From assembly GCF_009914755.1 (NCBI RefSeq), contig NC_060947.1: 64,000 nt of DNA; one strand, 5' to 3'. Below the pieces are notes generated by a model. That model saw nothing but the letters and a program-made list of their open reading frames with translations. It had not been told where the DNA came from and ran no database searches. Each line of letters opens with the position of its first letter. Position 1 is the stretch's first letter. Source of the DNA: the human T2T-CHM13v2.0 reference genome, Homo sapiens. This document shows positions 1 through 14,974 of this stretch, one piece after another. A program made the translations under genes and the position numbers.

Positions 1-3000
1 AAGAGTGCTGAGCTGGGACTTGATCCCTTAAAATCTTCCAGAGATGAAGTTAGTCAAATGATCCAAACTTAAACCACAATTAAATCACCAAGTGCATCAA
101 AAAAGCTGAAAGAAAAAAAATTAGCAGGACAGCAACTTTAAAAACTGAAGTAACATCAGCTCACAAAGATAAGAAAGAACCAGCATAAGAACTCTGGCAA
201 CTCAAATGCCAGAATGTCTTCCTTTACCTCCAAATGATTACACTAGTCCCCAAGCAATGGTTCTTAAGCAGGCTGAAATGGCTGAAATAACAGAAATGGA
301 ATTCAAAACGTGAATAGAAATGAAGAAAATTAACATCCAGGAAAAAGTTGAAAACCAATCCAAGGAATTAAATAAATACAATCAAGAGATACAGAAGAGA
401 CAAAATGCCCATTATAAACAAGAACAAAACTGATGTGATAGAGTTGAAAAGCTCACTTGAAAAATTTTATAATACAATCACAAGTATCAGCAGCAGAATC
501 AACAAGCTAAAGAAAGAATTTCAGAGCTCAAAAACCAATTGTCCAAAATAGCTCAGTCATAAAAAAAAATTTTTAAAGAGGAATGAACAAAACCTCTGAA
601 AAACGTGGGATTATGTAAAGAGACCAAATCTATTACTCATTTTTCATCAGAGAAGAGAAGCAGATAATGCAAACAATGCAGAAAGCATATTTGAGAATAT
701 CTTTCACAAATTTTCACAACCTCACTAGAAAGACCAACATACAAATTGAGAAAATTCAGAGAACAAGTGTGAGATACTAGGCAAGATGAACAAACAAAAG
801 AAGCATAGACATCAGTACCATCCCATGAAGGCAGCCACATGAGCTGTACTCTCCAGAGCCATAGGGGTGGAGCTGCCCAAGGACACGGGAACCTACCCCT
901 TGCATCAATCTGGCCTGGATGTAAGACATGGAGTCAAATAAGGTCATTTTGGGCTTTAAGATTTAACTACTGCATTGCAAGGTTTTGGACTTACATGGGG
1001 CCCGTGGTCCCTTTGTCTTGGCCAATTTCTCCTATTTGGAATGGGAACATCTTACCCAATGCCTGTATCCCCATTATATATTGGAAGCAATTAACTTGCT
1101 TTTGATTATACAGGCTCATAGGCAGAAGGGACTTGCCTTGTCTCAGATGAGACTTTGGACTAGGACTTTTGAGTTTATGCTGAAATGAGTTAAGACTTAG
1201 GGTACTGCTGGGATGAAGTGATTGGTTTTGAAATGTGTAAAGGACATGAAATTTGGGAGGGGCCAGGGGTGGAATTATATAGTTTGGCTCTGTGTCCCCA
1301 CCCAAATCTCTTCTCACATTTTAATCCCCATGTGTCAAGGGAGGGAACTGGCATGAGGTGATTGGATCATGAGGGCAGTTTCCCCAATGATGTTCTCATG
1401 ATAGTGAGGGAATTCTCATGAGATCTGGTTGTTTGCTATGTGTCTGGGATTTCCCCTTCTCACTCTTCTCTCTTTCACCACCCTGTAAAAAAGATGCATG
1501 CTTCCCCTTTGCCTTTTACCATGACTGTAAGTTTCCTGAGGCCTCCCAAGCCATGTGGAGCTGTGAGTCAATTAAACCTCTTTTGTTTATAAATTGCCCA
1601 GTCTCAAGTAGTATCTTTAAAGCAGTGTAAAAGTGTACTAATACAGAAAGATACAGAGAAGAGGCAGGTAATCTACCAAGATAACTCCATTAGACTATCA
1701 GTGGACCTTTCAGAAGAAACCCTACAAGCTATAAAAGACTGGGGGGTATATGTAGCATTCTTCTAGAAAAGAGATTCCCACAAATAATTGTCTATCCAAC
1801 CAAACTACTAAGCTTCATAAGCAAAGGATAAATAAGATCCTTTTCAGATAAGCAAATAAAAACTGGTTACCACCAGACCTTCCGTACAGAAGGTCATTAA
1901 GGGAGTGCTACATATGAAAAGGAAAGACTTACCAGCCACAGCCAAAACACAGTTAAATGCATAGGTCACTGACACACTAAAGTAACCACACAATGAAGTC
2001 TGCATAATAGCCAGGTAACAACACTCTAACAAGATCAAATTTACACATCAATATTAACCTTGAATGTAAAAGGGTCTAAATACCCCAAGTAGAAGGCATA
2101 GAGTGGTAAGTTGGATAAAGATGTAAGGCTCAACTGTATGCTATCTTCAAGAGATTATCTCACATGCAATGACACCCAGAAGCTCAAAGTAAAAGGATAA
2201 AGAATAATCTACAAGAGAATAGAAAACAGAAACAGCAGGGGTTACTATTTAAATTTCAGAGAAAACAGACTAAAACTAACGATGATCATGAAAGATAAAT
2301 AAAAGGCATTTCTGTTGGTATGGTGGCAGTTCTGGTGGTAACAAATGATAGAAAAGGGTTCAATTCAACAAGAAGACCTAACTATCCTGCATATATACTC
2401 ACCCAACACAGGAACACCCAGAGTCATAAAATTCATTCGTAGAGACTCACAAAGACTCTTAGATAACCCCACAATAATGACAGGAGACTTCAACACCCCA
2501 CTGACAGTATTAGATAGATAAGAAAGACAGAAAACTAACAAAGATATTCAGGACGTGAACTAAAAACTTCATCAAATGGGCCTAAGAGATATCTACAAAA
2601 CTCTCCACCTAAAAACAACAGAATATACATTGTTATCATCTCAATATGGCACATACTCCAAAATCAGCCACACGGTCAGCTATAAAACAATCTTCAGCAA
2701 ATTTAAAAAAATAAAACATACAAAAGGTCAACGAATCCAGGAGTTCATTCTTAGAAAAAAAAATATAAAATTGATAGACAACTAGCTAGACGAATAAAGA
2801 AAACAGAAGGTCCAAATAAACACAATCAAAAATGACAAAGTGGGCGTTACCATAAGCACCCAGAATTTTAAAACAAACAAACAAACAAACAAAAAACCCT
2901 CAGAGACTATTATGAGCATCTCTATGCACACAAAGTAGGAAACCTAGAAGAAATGATTAAATTCCTGGCAACATACAACTTTCCAAGATTGAACCAAGAA

Positions 3001-5583
3001 GTCATTGAATCCCTGAACAGACCAACAACATGTTCCAAAATTAAATCAGTAATAAAAAGCTTAAGAACCAGAAAAAGCTCAGGACCAGATAGATTCAGAG
3101 CCAAATTCTACCAAATGTATGAAGAAGAGCTGGAACCATTTCCACTGAAACTATTTTCAAAAATAGAAGAGAAGGGACTCCTCAACTTATTCCATGAAAC
3201 ACATATCATCCTGATACCCAAACCTGGCTGATATACAACAAGAAAAGAAAATATCAGGTCAATATCCTTGATGAACACAGATGCAAAAATCCTCAATAAA
3301 ATACTAGCAAACTGAATCCAGCAGTACATCAAACAGCTAGTCCACTATTATGGAGTAGCCTGTATCCCTGGGATGCAATGGTGGTTCAACATACACAAAT
3401 CAATAAATGTGATTTACCAATAAACACAACTAAAAACAAGAACCACATGATTCTCTCAATAAACACGGAAAAGCCTTTCCATAAAATTCAACATCCATTT
3501 ATGTTGAAAACACTTAACTAGGCATTGAAGGAACATACTTCAAATTAATAAGAGCCATCTATTACAAGTCCAGAGCAAACATCATACTGAATGAGCAAAA
3601 CCTGAATGTATTTCTGTTAAAAAACAGAAAAAGACAAGGATGCCCACTCTCACCACTGCTATTCAACACAGTACTGGAAGTCCTATCCAGAGAAATCAGG
3701 CAAGAGAGGAAAATAAAATATATCCAAATAGGAAGAGAGGAAGTCAAACTATCTGATTTTCGATGTTATGATTCTATGCATAGAAAAGCCCATACTCTCT
3801 GCCCAACAGCTTGTAAATCTGATAAACTTTAACAAAGATTCAGGATTCAACACCAATGTACAAATTTCAGTAGCATTTCCATACACCAAAAGGTCAAAAA
3901 CACTGCTCAAAGAAATTAGAGACAACCAAACAAATGAAAAAGCATTCTATGCTCATGGGTAGGAAAAATAAATATTGTTACAGGGTACATACTGTCAAAA
4001 GAAATCTATAGATTCCATGCTATTCCTATCAAATGACTAGTGATGTTCTTCACAGAATTAGAAAAAAGTATATCTTTAAAAATTCATATGGAATAAAAAA
4101 AGTTTGTGAAACTAAGGTAATTCTAAGCAATAAGGGCAAATCTGGAGACATGATGCTACCTGACTTCAAACTATACTCTAACGCTGCAGTAAACAAAACA
4201 GAATAGTCCTGGTACAAAAACAGACACATGGACCAATCAAAGAGGATAGAGAGTCCAGAAATAATGTCACACAGCTACAACCAACTGATCTTCAAAAAAG
4301 CTGACCAATGCAAGCAATGGAGAAAGGATTCCCTCTTTGATAAATGTTGCTGGAATAATTGGCTAGCCCTATTCTGAAGATTGAAACTGGATCCCTTCCT
4401 TATACAATATACAATAATCAACTCAAGATGGATTAAAGACATAAATGTAAAAGCTAAAACTATAAATACCATGGAAGATAATCTCAGAAATACCATTCTG
4501 GGCACAGGCTCTGGCAAAGGTTTTATAATAGACAACAAAAGTAATTGTATAATAAACAAAAATGGACAAATGTGACCTAATTAAACTAATGAGCTTCTGC
4601 ACAACAAAAGACACTATCAACCAAGTAAATAGACAACGTAGAGAATAGGAGAAAATATTTGCAAACCAGGCATCTGAAAAAGGGCTAATATCCAGAATCT
4701 ATAAGGAATTTAAACAAATTTACATGCAAAAAAACCCAACCCCATTACAAAGTAGACACAGGACATAAGCAGACACTTTTCAAAAGAAGACATACATGCA
4801 GGCAACAGCCTATAAAAAAGTTCAACATCAGTAATCATTAGAGAAATGGAAATCAAAATCACAATGTGATGCCATCTCACACCAGTCAGTATGACTATCA
4901 ATAAAAAGTAAAAAAATAACAGATGCTGATGAGATCATGAAGAAAAGGGAACACTTGTACCCTACTGGTGAAAATGTAAATTAATTCAGCCATTGTGGAG
5001 ATGAGTGTGGTGATTTTTCAAAGAACTGAAAATGGAATTACCATTAAACAGGGTAATCTCATTACTAGGTGTATACCCAAAGGAATATAAATCATTCCAC
5101 CATAAAGACACATTCATGCATATGTTCATTGTAGCGGTATTCACAGTAGCAAAGACGTGGAATCAGCCAAATGCCTGTAAACACTATAATAGATAAAGAA
5201 AATGTGGTACATATGCATCATCGAATACTATGCAGTTTTGAAAAGGAAGGAGATCATGTCCTTTGCACCAACATGGATGGAACTTGAGGCCATTATCCTA
5301 AGAAAACTAACGCAGGAACAAAGAAACAAATACTACATGTCCCCACATGTAATGGGAGACTAACATTGAGTATACATGGACACAAATTAGGAAACAACAG
5401 ATTCCAGGGCCTACTTGAAGCTGGAGGATGGAAGGAGGATGAGGATAAAAACTTCCTGTCTAGTACTATGCTTATTGCCTGCATAACAAAACAATCTGTA
5501 CACCCAAACCCTGTGATACACAATTTACCTGCATAACAAACCTGCACATGTTCCCCTGAACTTAAAATAAGAGTTAAAAAAGG
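1..5583 (+). mobile_element. Old primate LINE-1 (L1PA13-16-like): decayed ORF1, ORF2 and 3' UTR, interrupted by a MaLR fragment
   Basis: ORF1-like sequence at the window start. ORF2 fragments translate as L1 ([35 protein letters not shown]). Typical 3' end 'ataacaaacctgcacatgttcccctgaacttaaaataagag' followed by an A-tail at ~5580. Many stops and frameshifts, with internal deletions near 2720 and 3890. Confidence 0.93.
816..1645 (+). mobile_element. MaLR (MST-type) 3' internal segment plus 3' LTR (LTR ~1275-1645); 5' LTR absent
   Basis: Internal 3' end 'aaatttgggagggccaggggtggaa' is followed by the LTR start 'tatatagtttggctctgtgtccccacccaaatctc' and the LTR end 'agcagtgtaaaagtgtactaataca'. 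Confidence 0.88.
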
Positions 5584-6218
5584 AAATTAGTTAAGAAATG
5601 AAGAGATGGGTAAACATGTTTTCACAAAATAAACTGAAACATTAGGCACCTTTGTAAAACCAAATAACAAACAAACTGGCCATCTTCTGGAATTTCTCCT
5701 TCCTGGTTGAAGCAAAACAAAACAAAACGAAATGAAAAAACCACAATGCTTTAAAATAATTTATTTTTAATAAATGACAGTTGATATCAGAGGGACAGTG
5801 AGTCAGTTGACTATGTAAATACTCTGGATTCAAAATTTTTTTTCTGTTTGTAGTGACAATTATGGGGGTATTATTACTTTTACAAAAGGGCATCAATATG
5901 TCTTAAAGCAAATGAATTTTATGTTTCAATTATCTATTTAATGTCCAATCAAAATCCCACGGTAATTTACCTCCTGGTAAGTTTATACATTTAAAGGAAA
6001 TAACAGATGTGAAATGTCCTTGATCCTCTAATGTGGGCAACAGAAAGCAAAGCTTCTGAAGACTCTGATCTCAGCCATGGAAGTCTTTTGCTCCAATTCC
6101 TGCCCAAGCATTCATTGCCTGAGTGGCATTAGGTCAGAAACAGGGCTTAATCATTATCAAAGCCAAGTGTTCTGTTCATTAATGTTTATGATGTGACGTT
6201 TTGAATATCCTCAGCCAA

Positions 6219-8004
6219 TACTTGATTTTTTATACATACATATATTATATATTGTGAGTACCTATACTTGATTATATATATATTATATTATATATAATAT
6301 ATATAATTTATTAATATATTATTTAAAAATATATTTTTAATGGAAGTGAGTACCTATACTTGATTTTATATATATATTATATTTTATATACATTACATTA
6401 TATTATATATAAATAATTATATATATTTATATATAATTATATATATTATATATAAATATATGTAAAATATATATAAATAATTATATATTATATAAAAATA
6501 TATATAAAATATATAAATAATTATATATAAATGTATATAATATATAAATGTAAATTATAATATATAAATAATGTAATATATAATATTATATTGTATAAAT
6601 ATAAATTATAATATATAAATAATATAATATATAATATTATATTATATAAATATAACTTATAATATATAAATAATATAATATTATATAATATTATATTATA
6701 TAAATATAACTTATAATATATAAATAATATAATATATAATATTATATTATATAAATATAACATAATATATAAATAATATAATATATAATATTATATTATA
6801 TAAATATAACTTATATGAATAATATAATATATAATATTATATTATATAAATATAACTTATAATATATGAATAATATAATATATAATATTATACTATATAA
6901 ATATAACTTATAATATATGAATAATATAATATATAATATCCTATAATATATGAATGATATAATATATAATATCCTATAATATATGAATGATATAATATAT
7001 AATATCCTATAATATATGAATGATATAATATATAATATCCTATAATATATGAATGATATAATATATAATATCCTATAATATATGAATGATATAATATATA
7101 ATATCTTATAATATATGAATGATATAATATATAATATCTTATAATATATGAATGATATAATATATATATCTTATAATATATGAATGATATAATATATAAT
7201 ATCTTATAATATATGAATAATATAATATATATTATATATAATTAATAATATAAATAATGTAAATTATATATAAATAATATAATATATAATATATTATAAT
7301 ATATAAATAATATAATATATAATATATTATAATATATAAATAATATAATATATAATATATTATAATATATAAATAATATAATATATAATATATTATAATA
7401 TATAAATAATATAATATATAATATATTATAATATATAAATAATATAATATATAATATATTATAATATATAAATAATATAATATATAATATATTATAATAT
7501 ATAAATAATATAATATATAATATATTATAATATATAAATAATATAATATATAATATATTATAATATATAAATAATATAATATATAATATATTATAATATA
7601 TAAATAATATAATACATAATATATTATAATATATAAATAATATAATACATAATATATTATAATATATAAATAATATAATATATAATATATATAATTAATA
7701 ATATAAATTATATATAATTAATATAAATTGTATATAATTAATATACATTATATACAGTTTATATTAATTATATATAATTTATATAAATTATATATAATTA
7801 ATAATCTAAAATAATATGTATTATATATAATTATATATAATATAATATATTATATATAATATACAAATAATATAATATATATTATATTATAATATATAAA
7901 ATATATATATATAATCAAGTATAGGTACTCACTTCCATTAAAAATATATTTTTAAATAATATATTTATAAATATATATTATTTTTTAAATGGGAGTGAGT
8001 ACCT
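6219..8004. repeat. AT-rich compound minisatellite (~50-bp and 33-bp units) flanked by a 53-bp inverted repeat
   Basis: The 33-bp period is seen directly: 'atcc/atct' at 6938, 6971, 7004, 7037, 7070, 7103, 7136. A second 33-bp array spans ~7270-7690 and ~50-bp units span ~6520-6920. 6313-6365 is the exact reverse complement of 7913-7965. Confidence 0.95.
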
Positions 8005-9257
8005 CAGAATGAATTTGTATGACGACAAGAGGAGAGCTTAAACCTTCATTAATCAGACAAAGAGGCACCCTTTTCCTACAAAGCCTCAATTTAACTTGCA
8101 AGAAAGGAGTATTTAAGGAGCTGTGGCCTGGCAAATCTTTCTCACATTTCAGACCCAGAATAGCATCCTCTCGGCCTTGCTGTGCTGGAACCAGCAACCA
8201 CAGATACTATTGGGTGTGTTAGATTTGCCATATATAGGCTGTGTCATTCATGTGTATTTTCTTTGTGTCAATTTATTTCAAATAGAGCATGGCCAGTTGC
8301 ATTTTGCCAAAATAACTGATCATAGTGTTTTCTCTGTCTGTCACATGATGAGATGACACAAAAACATTATTTTCTTCTTTTTTTAGTGTTGTTTTCTACC
8401 AGAATGAATACAAAAAATCAAGACATGAAATGGGCAGTGGCTGTGTTCCACAAAGAAAGGAGCCAAGTAACTTGAATCCTTGTTTTTGTTCCAGATGTCA
8501 CAACTGCAGCTGCCATCTAAGAATGCCCCTAGATCTCTGGCCAGCAGGCATAGAGACCTGAGATGTCAAGTCAGAGGCATGAGTTCAAAATTAGTTTTTC
8601 TAGATGGTTCATCTGAGACTGACTTGGAGGGCTCATTCTGAGCATAGAACCAGGAAGATACTAGGAAAGCCCAAGTAAAAGATTAAAATGGCCTTTAGCA
8701 GGCTATGGGGATAACAGCAGCAGAAACCATAGCTTCGATAGTAGCTTTTATGTATGTATGTTAGGGATGAGCAATTATTAATTCAGTCTTTATCCCTATA
8801 ATTCAGAAGCTACCAGGAAACTGGTGTCAATTATGTTGCTGCACTAATGGTTTATTGGCAGAACTTGGCCTTCTCCTTATTTTATTCTTTTTCATCATTG
8901 TTCCCATGTTCTAACCACAATGAGATGGACGATTTTCTCTTCTGGAAGGATGGAATAGGGAAATGTAGGAATAGGGAAATGTAGGATTTTTATTGTTGTA
9001 AGCCCCATTTGAGGACAGATCTTACCTTCCAAGGCTTCTAGTTGGGGCCAGTCTTATATAAGCAGCTACTTGCAAGGTCTGAGTGGAGAGGATTCCGAAA
9101 GACAGTAGCTTCAAAACACGGGCTCATACAATGTTAGTGATGGATGGCCCCACTAGATATTATTTATTTTGTTGATGTCCTACATATGGTTATTAAGTTT
9201 TTAGTTTACTAAAAGGGACATTGCGGAAACATAATGTGATTTCTTAAACAAAGACAT

Positions 9258-10520
<1,263 letters not shown>

Positions 10521-11516
10521 AACAAAGAACTATGTGTTGACATAATATTAATATCAAATAAAATTAACACCAAAAAATAGGAAAGACAAACATTCTATAT
10601 AAATTTCTAAGTATAACTCTATAAAAGAGAAAAAAATATCATTCATCATCCTTATGTTTCTCATATATCTTTTATTTTTTAAATAAAATTATTAGACTTA
10701 GTTTCAGATCAACACAGGTCCATGGGAAAATATTTCCCCCATTTGTCTTTCTTTCTCTGTCTCTCTTCTTCATATGCAATATACGTCTATGTGTGCATGT
10801 GTGTGTATATATATGTGCACATACATATGTGTATGTTTACATTTGTACTTATATGTATCTATATATGCCCATGTAAAGAGAAAAAGTTTTCATAGTTTAG
10901 GTATATAAACAGAATGTTGATATGTATGATGTAATTGATCTAGCCTTCCTACTGTTGAGTCATTTATTCATGAAATCACATGGCCTGGGTGGGAAGCAAT
11001 TTCTACATATTGTAAACATGAATGAAAAGCTAGACAAATAGTTGGAAGAAAGCAGGATTATATATTTTAAAAATGGAATAAGAGGTACCATAGAATACTC
11101 TTTTCTCTGTCTCTTTCTGTCATGTTGGGCTTAATTGGCCTGAAGCTGATGCACACATTTATGTTATTTATATTCTGATTTTATAACAGATCATATATTG
11201 TACAGAAATTTTGCAAAATATATAAAGGACTAAAAATAGAAAATATACTTCCTAATTCTATCAGCCTGAGGTGACAATTTAACAATGTTGGTGTGCTTCT
11301 ATTCTATCTTTATTCAAATAAATATATATGGCAAAATATTGTACATACTGTATTAGATTTTTTCCATTTTGTAAAAAATAAACAATGCCCATTTAATTAA
11401 TTATAATAATTAACATTATATAATTATATAATTTAAAAATACATGCATTATAATTTATAAATTTTCTATTTTTGAAAGATAAATTGATTATAATTTTTTG
11501 CTACTATAAATACTGT

Positions 11517-12790
11517 TGTATTAGTCTGTTTACCTACTGCTATAAAGAAAAACCTGAAACTGGGTAATTTGTAAAGAAAAGAGGTTTAATTGGTTTATGT
11601 TTCTGCAGGCTGTACAGGAACCATGGCTGGAGAGGCCACAGAAAACTTTCAATCATGGCAGAAAGGGAAGCAAAAATATCTTACATGGCCAGAGCAGGAG
11701 GAAGAGAGAGAAGGGGGAGGTGCTATGCACTTTTAACCAGATCTTATGAGAACTCACTCACTATCAAGAGAACAGCAAGGAGGAAGTCCATCTCCATGAT
11801 TCAATCACTGCCCATTAGGCCCTTTTTCCAACAGGGAGGATTACAATTTGACATGAGATTTGGTGGGGACATAAATTCAAACTATATTATTCTGCCACTG
11901 CCCCTCCCAAATCTCATGCCCTTTTTACATTGAAAAATATAGTCCTCCCTTCTCAACAGTCCTCCAAAGTCTTAACTCATTTCAACATTAACCCAAAAGT
12001 CCACAGTCCAAAGTCTCATCTGAGACAAGGCAAGTCCCTTCCGCCTATAAGCCTGTAAATTAAAAAACAAGTTCATGACTTCCAAAATACCATGGGACTA
12101 CAGGCATTAGCTAAATACTCCAATTCCAAAAAGGAAAAATCAGCTAAAACACAGTGGCTACAGGCCCCATGCAAGTCAGAAACCCAGCAGGGCAGTCATT
12201 AAATCTTGAAGCCCCAAAATAATTTCCTCTGACTCCATGTCCCAAATCCAGGGCACACTGATTCAAGGGGTGGGCTCCTAAGGACTTGGGCAGCTCTGCC
12301 CTTGTGGCTTTGCAAGTCTCAGCTCCCATGCCTGCTCTCAATGGCTGGCATTGAGTGCCTTTCGCTTTTCCAGGTACACAGTACAAGCTTTTGGTGGATC
12401 TATTATTCTGGGGTCTGGAGAATGGTGGCCCTATTCTCATAGCTCCGTTGGGCAGTGCCCCATTGAGAACTCTGTGCACGGGCTCCAATCCCACATTTCC
12501 CCTCTGCACTGCCCTAGTAGAGGTTCTCCATGAGGGCTCTGCCCTTGCAGCAGACTTCTGCCTGGACATCCAGGCATTTCCATACATCCTCTGAAATCTA
12601 GGCAGAGACTCTCAAGCCTCAACTCTTGTCCTCTCTCCACACACAGGCTTAAGATCACATGAAAGCTGCTAAGGCTTATGGCTGGCATCCTCTGGAGCAG
12701 TGGCCTGAGACATATCTAGGGACGTTTTAGTCATGATTGGAGTGGAAGCAGCTGGGATGCAGGGAGCAGTGTCCCAAGGTTGCAGGGCAG
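11517..12790 (-). mobile_element. MaLR MSTA-like 3' LTR (~11517-11889) plus partial internal sequence
   Basis: Reverse-complement LTR 'tgtattagtctgttt...gctataaagaaaaacctgaaactgggtaatt', followed by MST-int sequence ('gtccaaagtctcatctgagacaaggcaagtccc'). Truncated at ~12790. Confidence 0.9.
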
Positions 12791-13594
12791 CAGAGCCATA
12801 CAGAATATTTTTGTGTTTAAAAATTGTTGTTATTTGGCATTATTTTCTTTAGCTAGAATCCTTAAAGTGAATTTACTCAATTGAGAGATATAAACATTGT
12901 ATAGTTTCTCAATAAATATTGCCAAGTTGCTTTAAATGGTTTCAGCTTATTTTCACATTACTGTGTTCAGAGCACAGAGAAGGCGTGAGATGAGCAGATG
13001 AGCACTTTAACATTTCTTGGGCATGTCTCCCATTTTTATAGCATGCCAGACTATTTGAATCTTTATGTCTTTTGGGGTGATGAGAAATCTGACAAGAAAG
13101 AAAGTTATCCAGATGCTTCTTTATATAAAGGAGACAATGATGATGAAAAATTCTTATTGTTAAGTACTTTCCAGCATGCATGAAAGATAGTTCTCTACTT
13201 TATATGTTGGACAGTTGTATTTGCTGGTAAGATTCTGTCACATTTCAATAACAATTTTTCCCTTTCTTAACCTATGGAATTTCTTTTAATGCTGACATCA
13301 GACCTGTCTAAAAGATATTCTGATCATTTGCATACTCTGTGACTAAAAGGGAATGATAGTAATTTTAAACATACCAAAACTGTATATCTCAATTAATGGT
13401 ATTCTTCAAAGAAGTTAAATTGGGTGATTACACACTTAATCCTATTATAATATCAATTCTCTGAACAGTGGTAGAAATCTGGTATTTGAAGGGTCTTCAG
13501 AGACATGTTTAAACTTTATACTCTAATATTGAAGTATCTTTGCAAGCTATTTTTAATTCATATATCCAACTTTAAATATTAGTCTCTATGGGCT

Positions 13595-13970
13595 AGATTA
13601 TGACAATAAAAGAAACTACACTAAAATGTCAGTATTTTAAAGTAACAGGAAGATATTACAAAGTCTGTTACAGTCCTAGTCATCTTTTCAAGGCAGCAGT
13701 CCCCTATGTGATAGCTCAGTAATACAGGATGATTCAATTTTGTGGCACCACCCCCTCAATAATAGAATCCTATATTTACCTCCATGGAGAAAAAGGGAAG
13801 TAGAATTGTGTACCTGCTTGTAAATACTTCTGCCTGCTGTTAACACCTTTTCCTTCTTTCATTTTCATTGGCTTCACCTAAATTAAAGAACACAAAGGAA
13901 TCCAATCTTCCAATGTGTCCAAAATGAGAGGAGGACTAAAAGTATTGGTAAGCACTAATACTCTCTACCA
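13595..13970. mobile_element. Ancient LTR relic (LTR33/ERVL-like, tentative)
   Basis: Terminal segment 'aatcttccaatgtgtccaaaatgagaggaggactaaaagtattggtaagcactaatactctctacca' resembles the ends of old ERVL/MaLR LTRs. Highly diverged. Confidence 0.35.
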
Positions 13971-14407
13971 TGCTTTATCTCCTGCAACTTTCATAAGCAT
14001 ACCATATACAGGAATTTCAATGTCATTTACATTATTATTATTGATTTTGAAAGATTGTTATATGCATTGTAGAGTGCTTTCATTTCTAATAGAACCAAAA
14101 CTAATCTCACTCATTTCTAAACATCACAGTTGTACTGCCATGGTTGAGTACCATTAATATAGTCCACACTTAATTACTCAAATATACTACATGATTTTAT
14201 TTCTGTATCTCTTTGCCTGTATTTTAAAATCCCTGTCTCTTTATGCCCACCTATAAAAATTCTGTCACTCCTTAATATTCCAACTTAAATGTTCTCCCTT
14301 ATAAAGTATTTATTTTTATCCTCAGCTAGAAATACCTCTCCTTCTTCTGAATTAAAGTCTTTGTTTACATCTGTTTTACAGCACTTAATAATATAATAAT
14401 AAGCATG

Positions 14408-14518
14408 CATATTAAGTATGTACTTATGTATTATGTGTGTACAGCACTTATAATAAGTGGTTATACAACTTATAGTAAGTTCTGCATGTACATAATACAT
14501 AAGTACATTCTTAATATG
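14408..14518. repeat. Imperfect 111-bp palindrome (51-bp arms, 9-nt spacer)
   Basis: 14408-14458 matches the reverse complement of 14468-14518 at 43/51 positions by manual alignment. Confidence 0.85.
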
Positions 14519-14574
14519 TGTGCCATTAAGTACATACTTAATATGTATGCATGGCCTTTATTACCCTTATTTGA

Positions 14575-14826
14575 GGCAACATTGTAGAGTAAAGGGAACA
14601 AGAATTTTGAAGGCTGATAGCATTAGATCTGAATCATGGCTCTGCTATTTACTATCTTGGTGACGGCATGCAATGTTTTATAACCTCTCTGAACTTTGTT
14701 TTTCTCATTTGTGAAACACGGATATGATTATATATCTTATACTGTTGCTGTGAGGATTAAATACTGTAGGACACATAGAGATTTTAAAAAACTGCTTGGC
14801 ACAGAGTTAACACTCAGCAAATAGTA
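14575..14826 (+). mobile_element. MIR SINE
   Basis: MIR core 'ggctctgctatttact...aacctctctgaactttgtttttctcatttgtgaaa...gttgctgtgaggattaaat...cttggcacagagttaacactcagcaaat'. Confidence 0.8.
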
Positions 14827-14974
14827 CTTTACTCTCTACCCTTTAGTTTTATTCTGTTGACTGTGACTCTATAGGTGAAACTCACAGCATAGGGAAACAG
14901 AAGGACATTTTTCATCAGTTGTATCCAGTTAATTGTCTTACTTATGTCTAAATATTTTACCTTAGCCATTTACA

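Noticed and set aside
6521-6763. 80-aa Y/I/L-rich ORF
   Set aside because: Translation of the AT minisatellite.
6930-7690. 33-bp periodic array as a CRISPR-like locus
   Set aside because: The units are head-to-tail with no unique spacers, there are no cas genes, and the context is primate.
8228-8238. CArG-box-like ccatatatagg
   Set aside because: It has seven A/T bases between CC and GG rather than six, and is an isolated motif.
12144-12688. Cluster of overlapping ORFs up to 147 aa
   Set aside because: They lie in GC-richer MaLR internal sequence and show no sign of a host gene.
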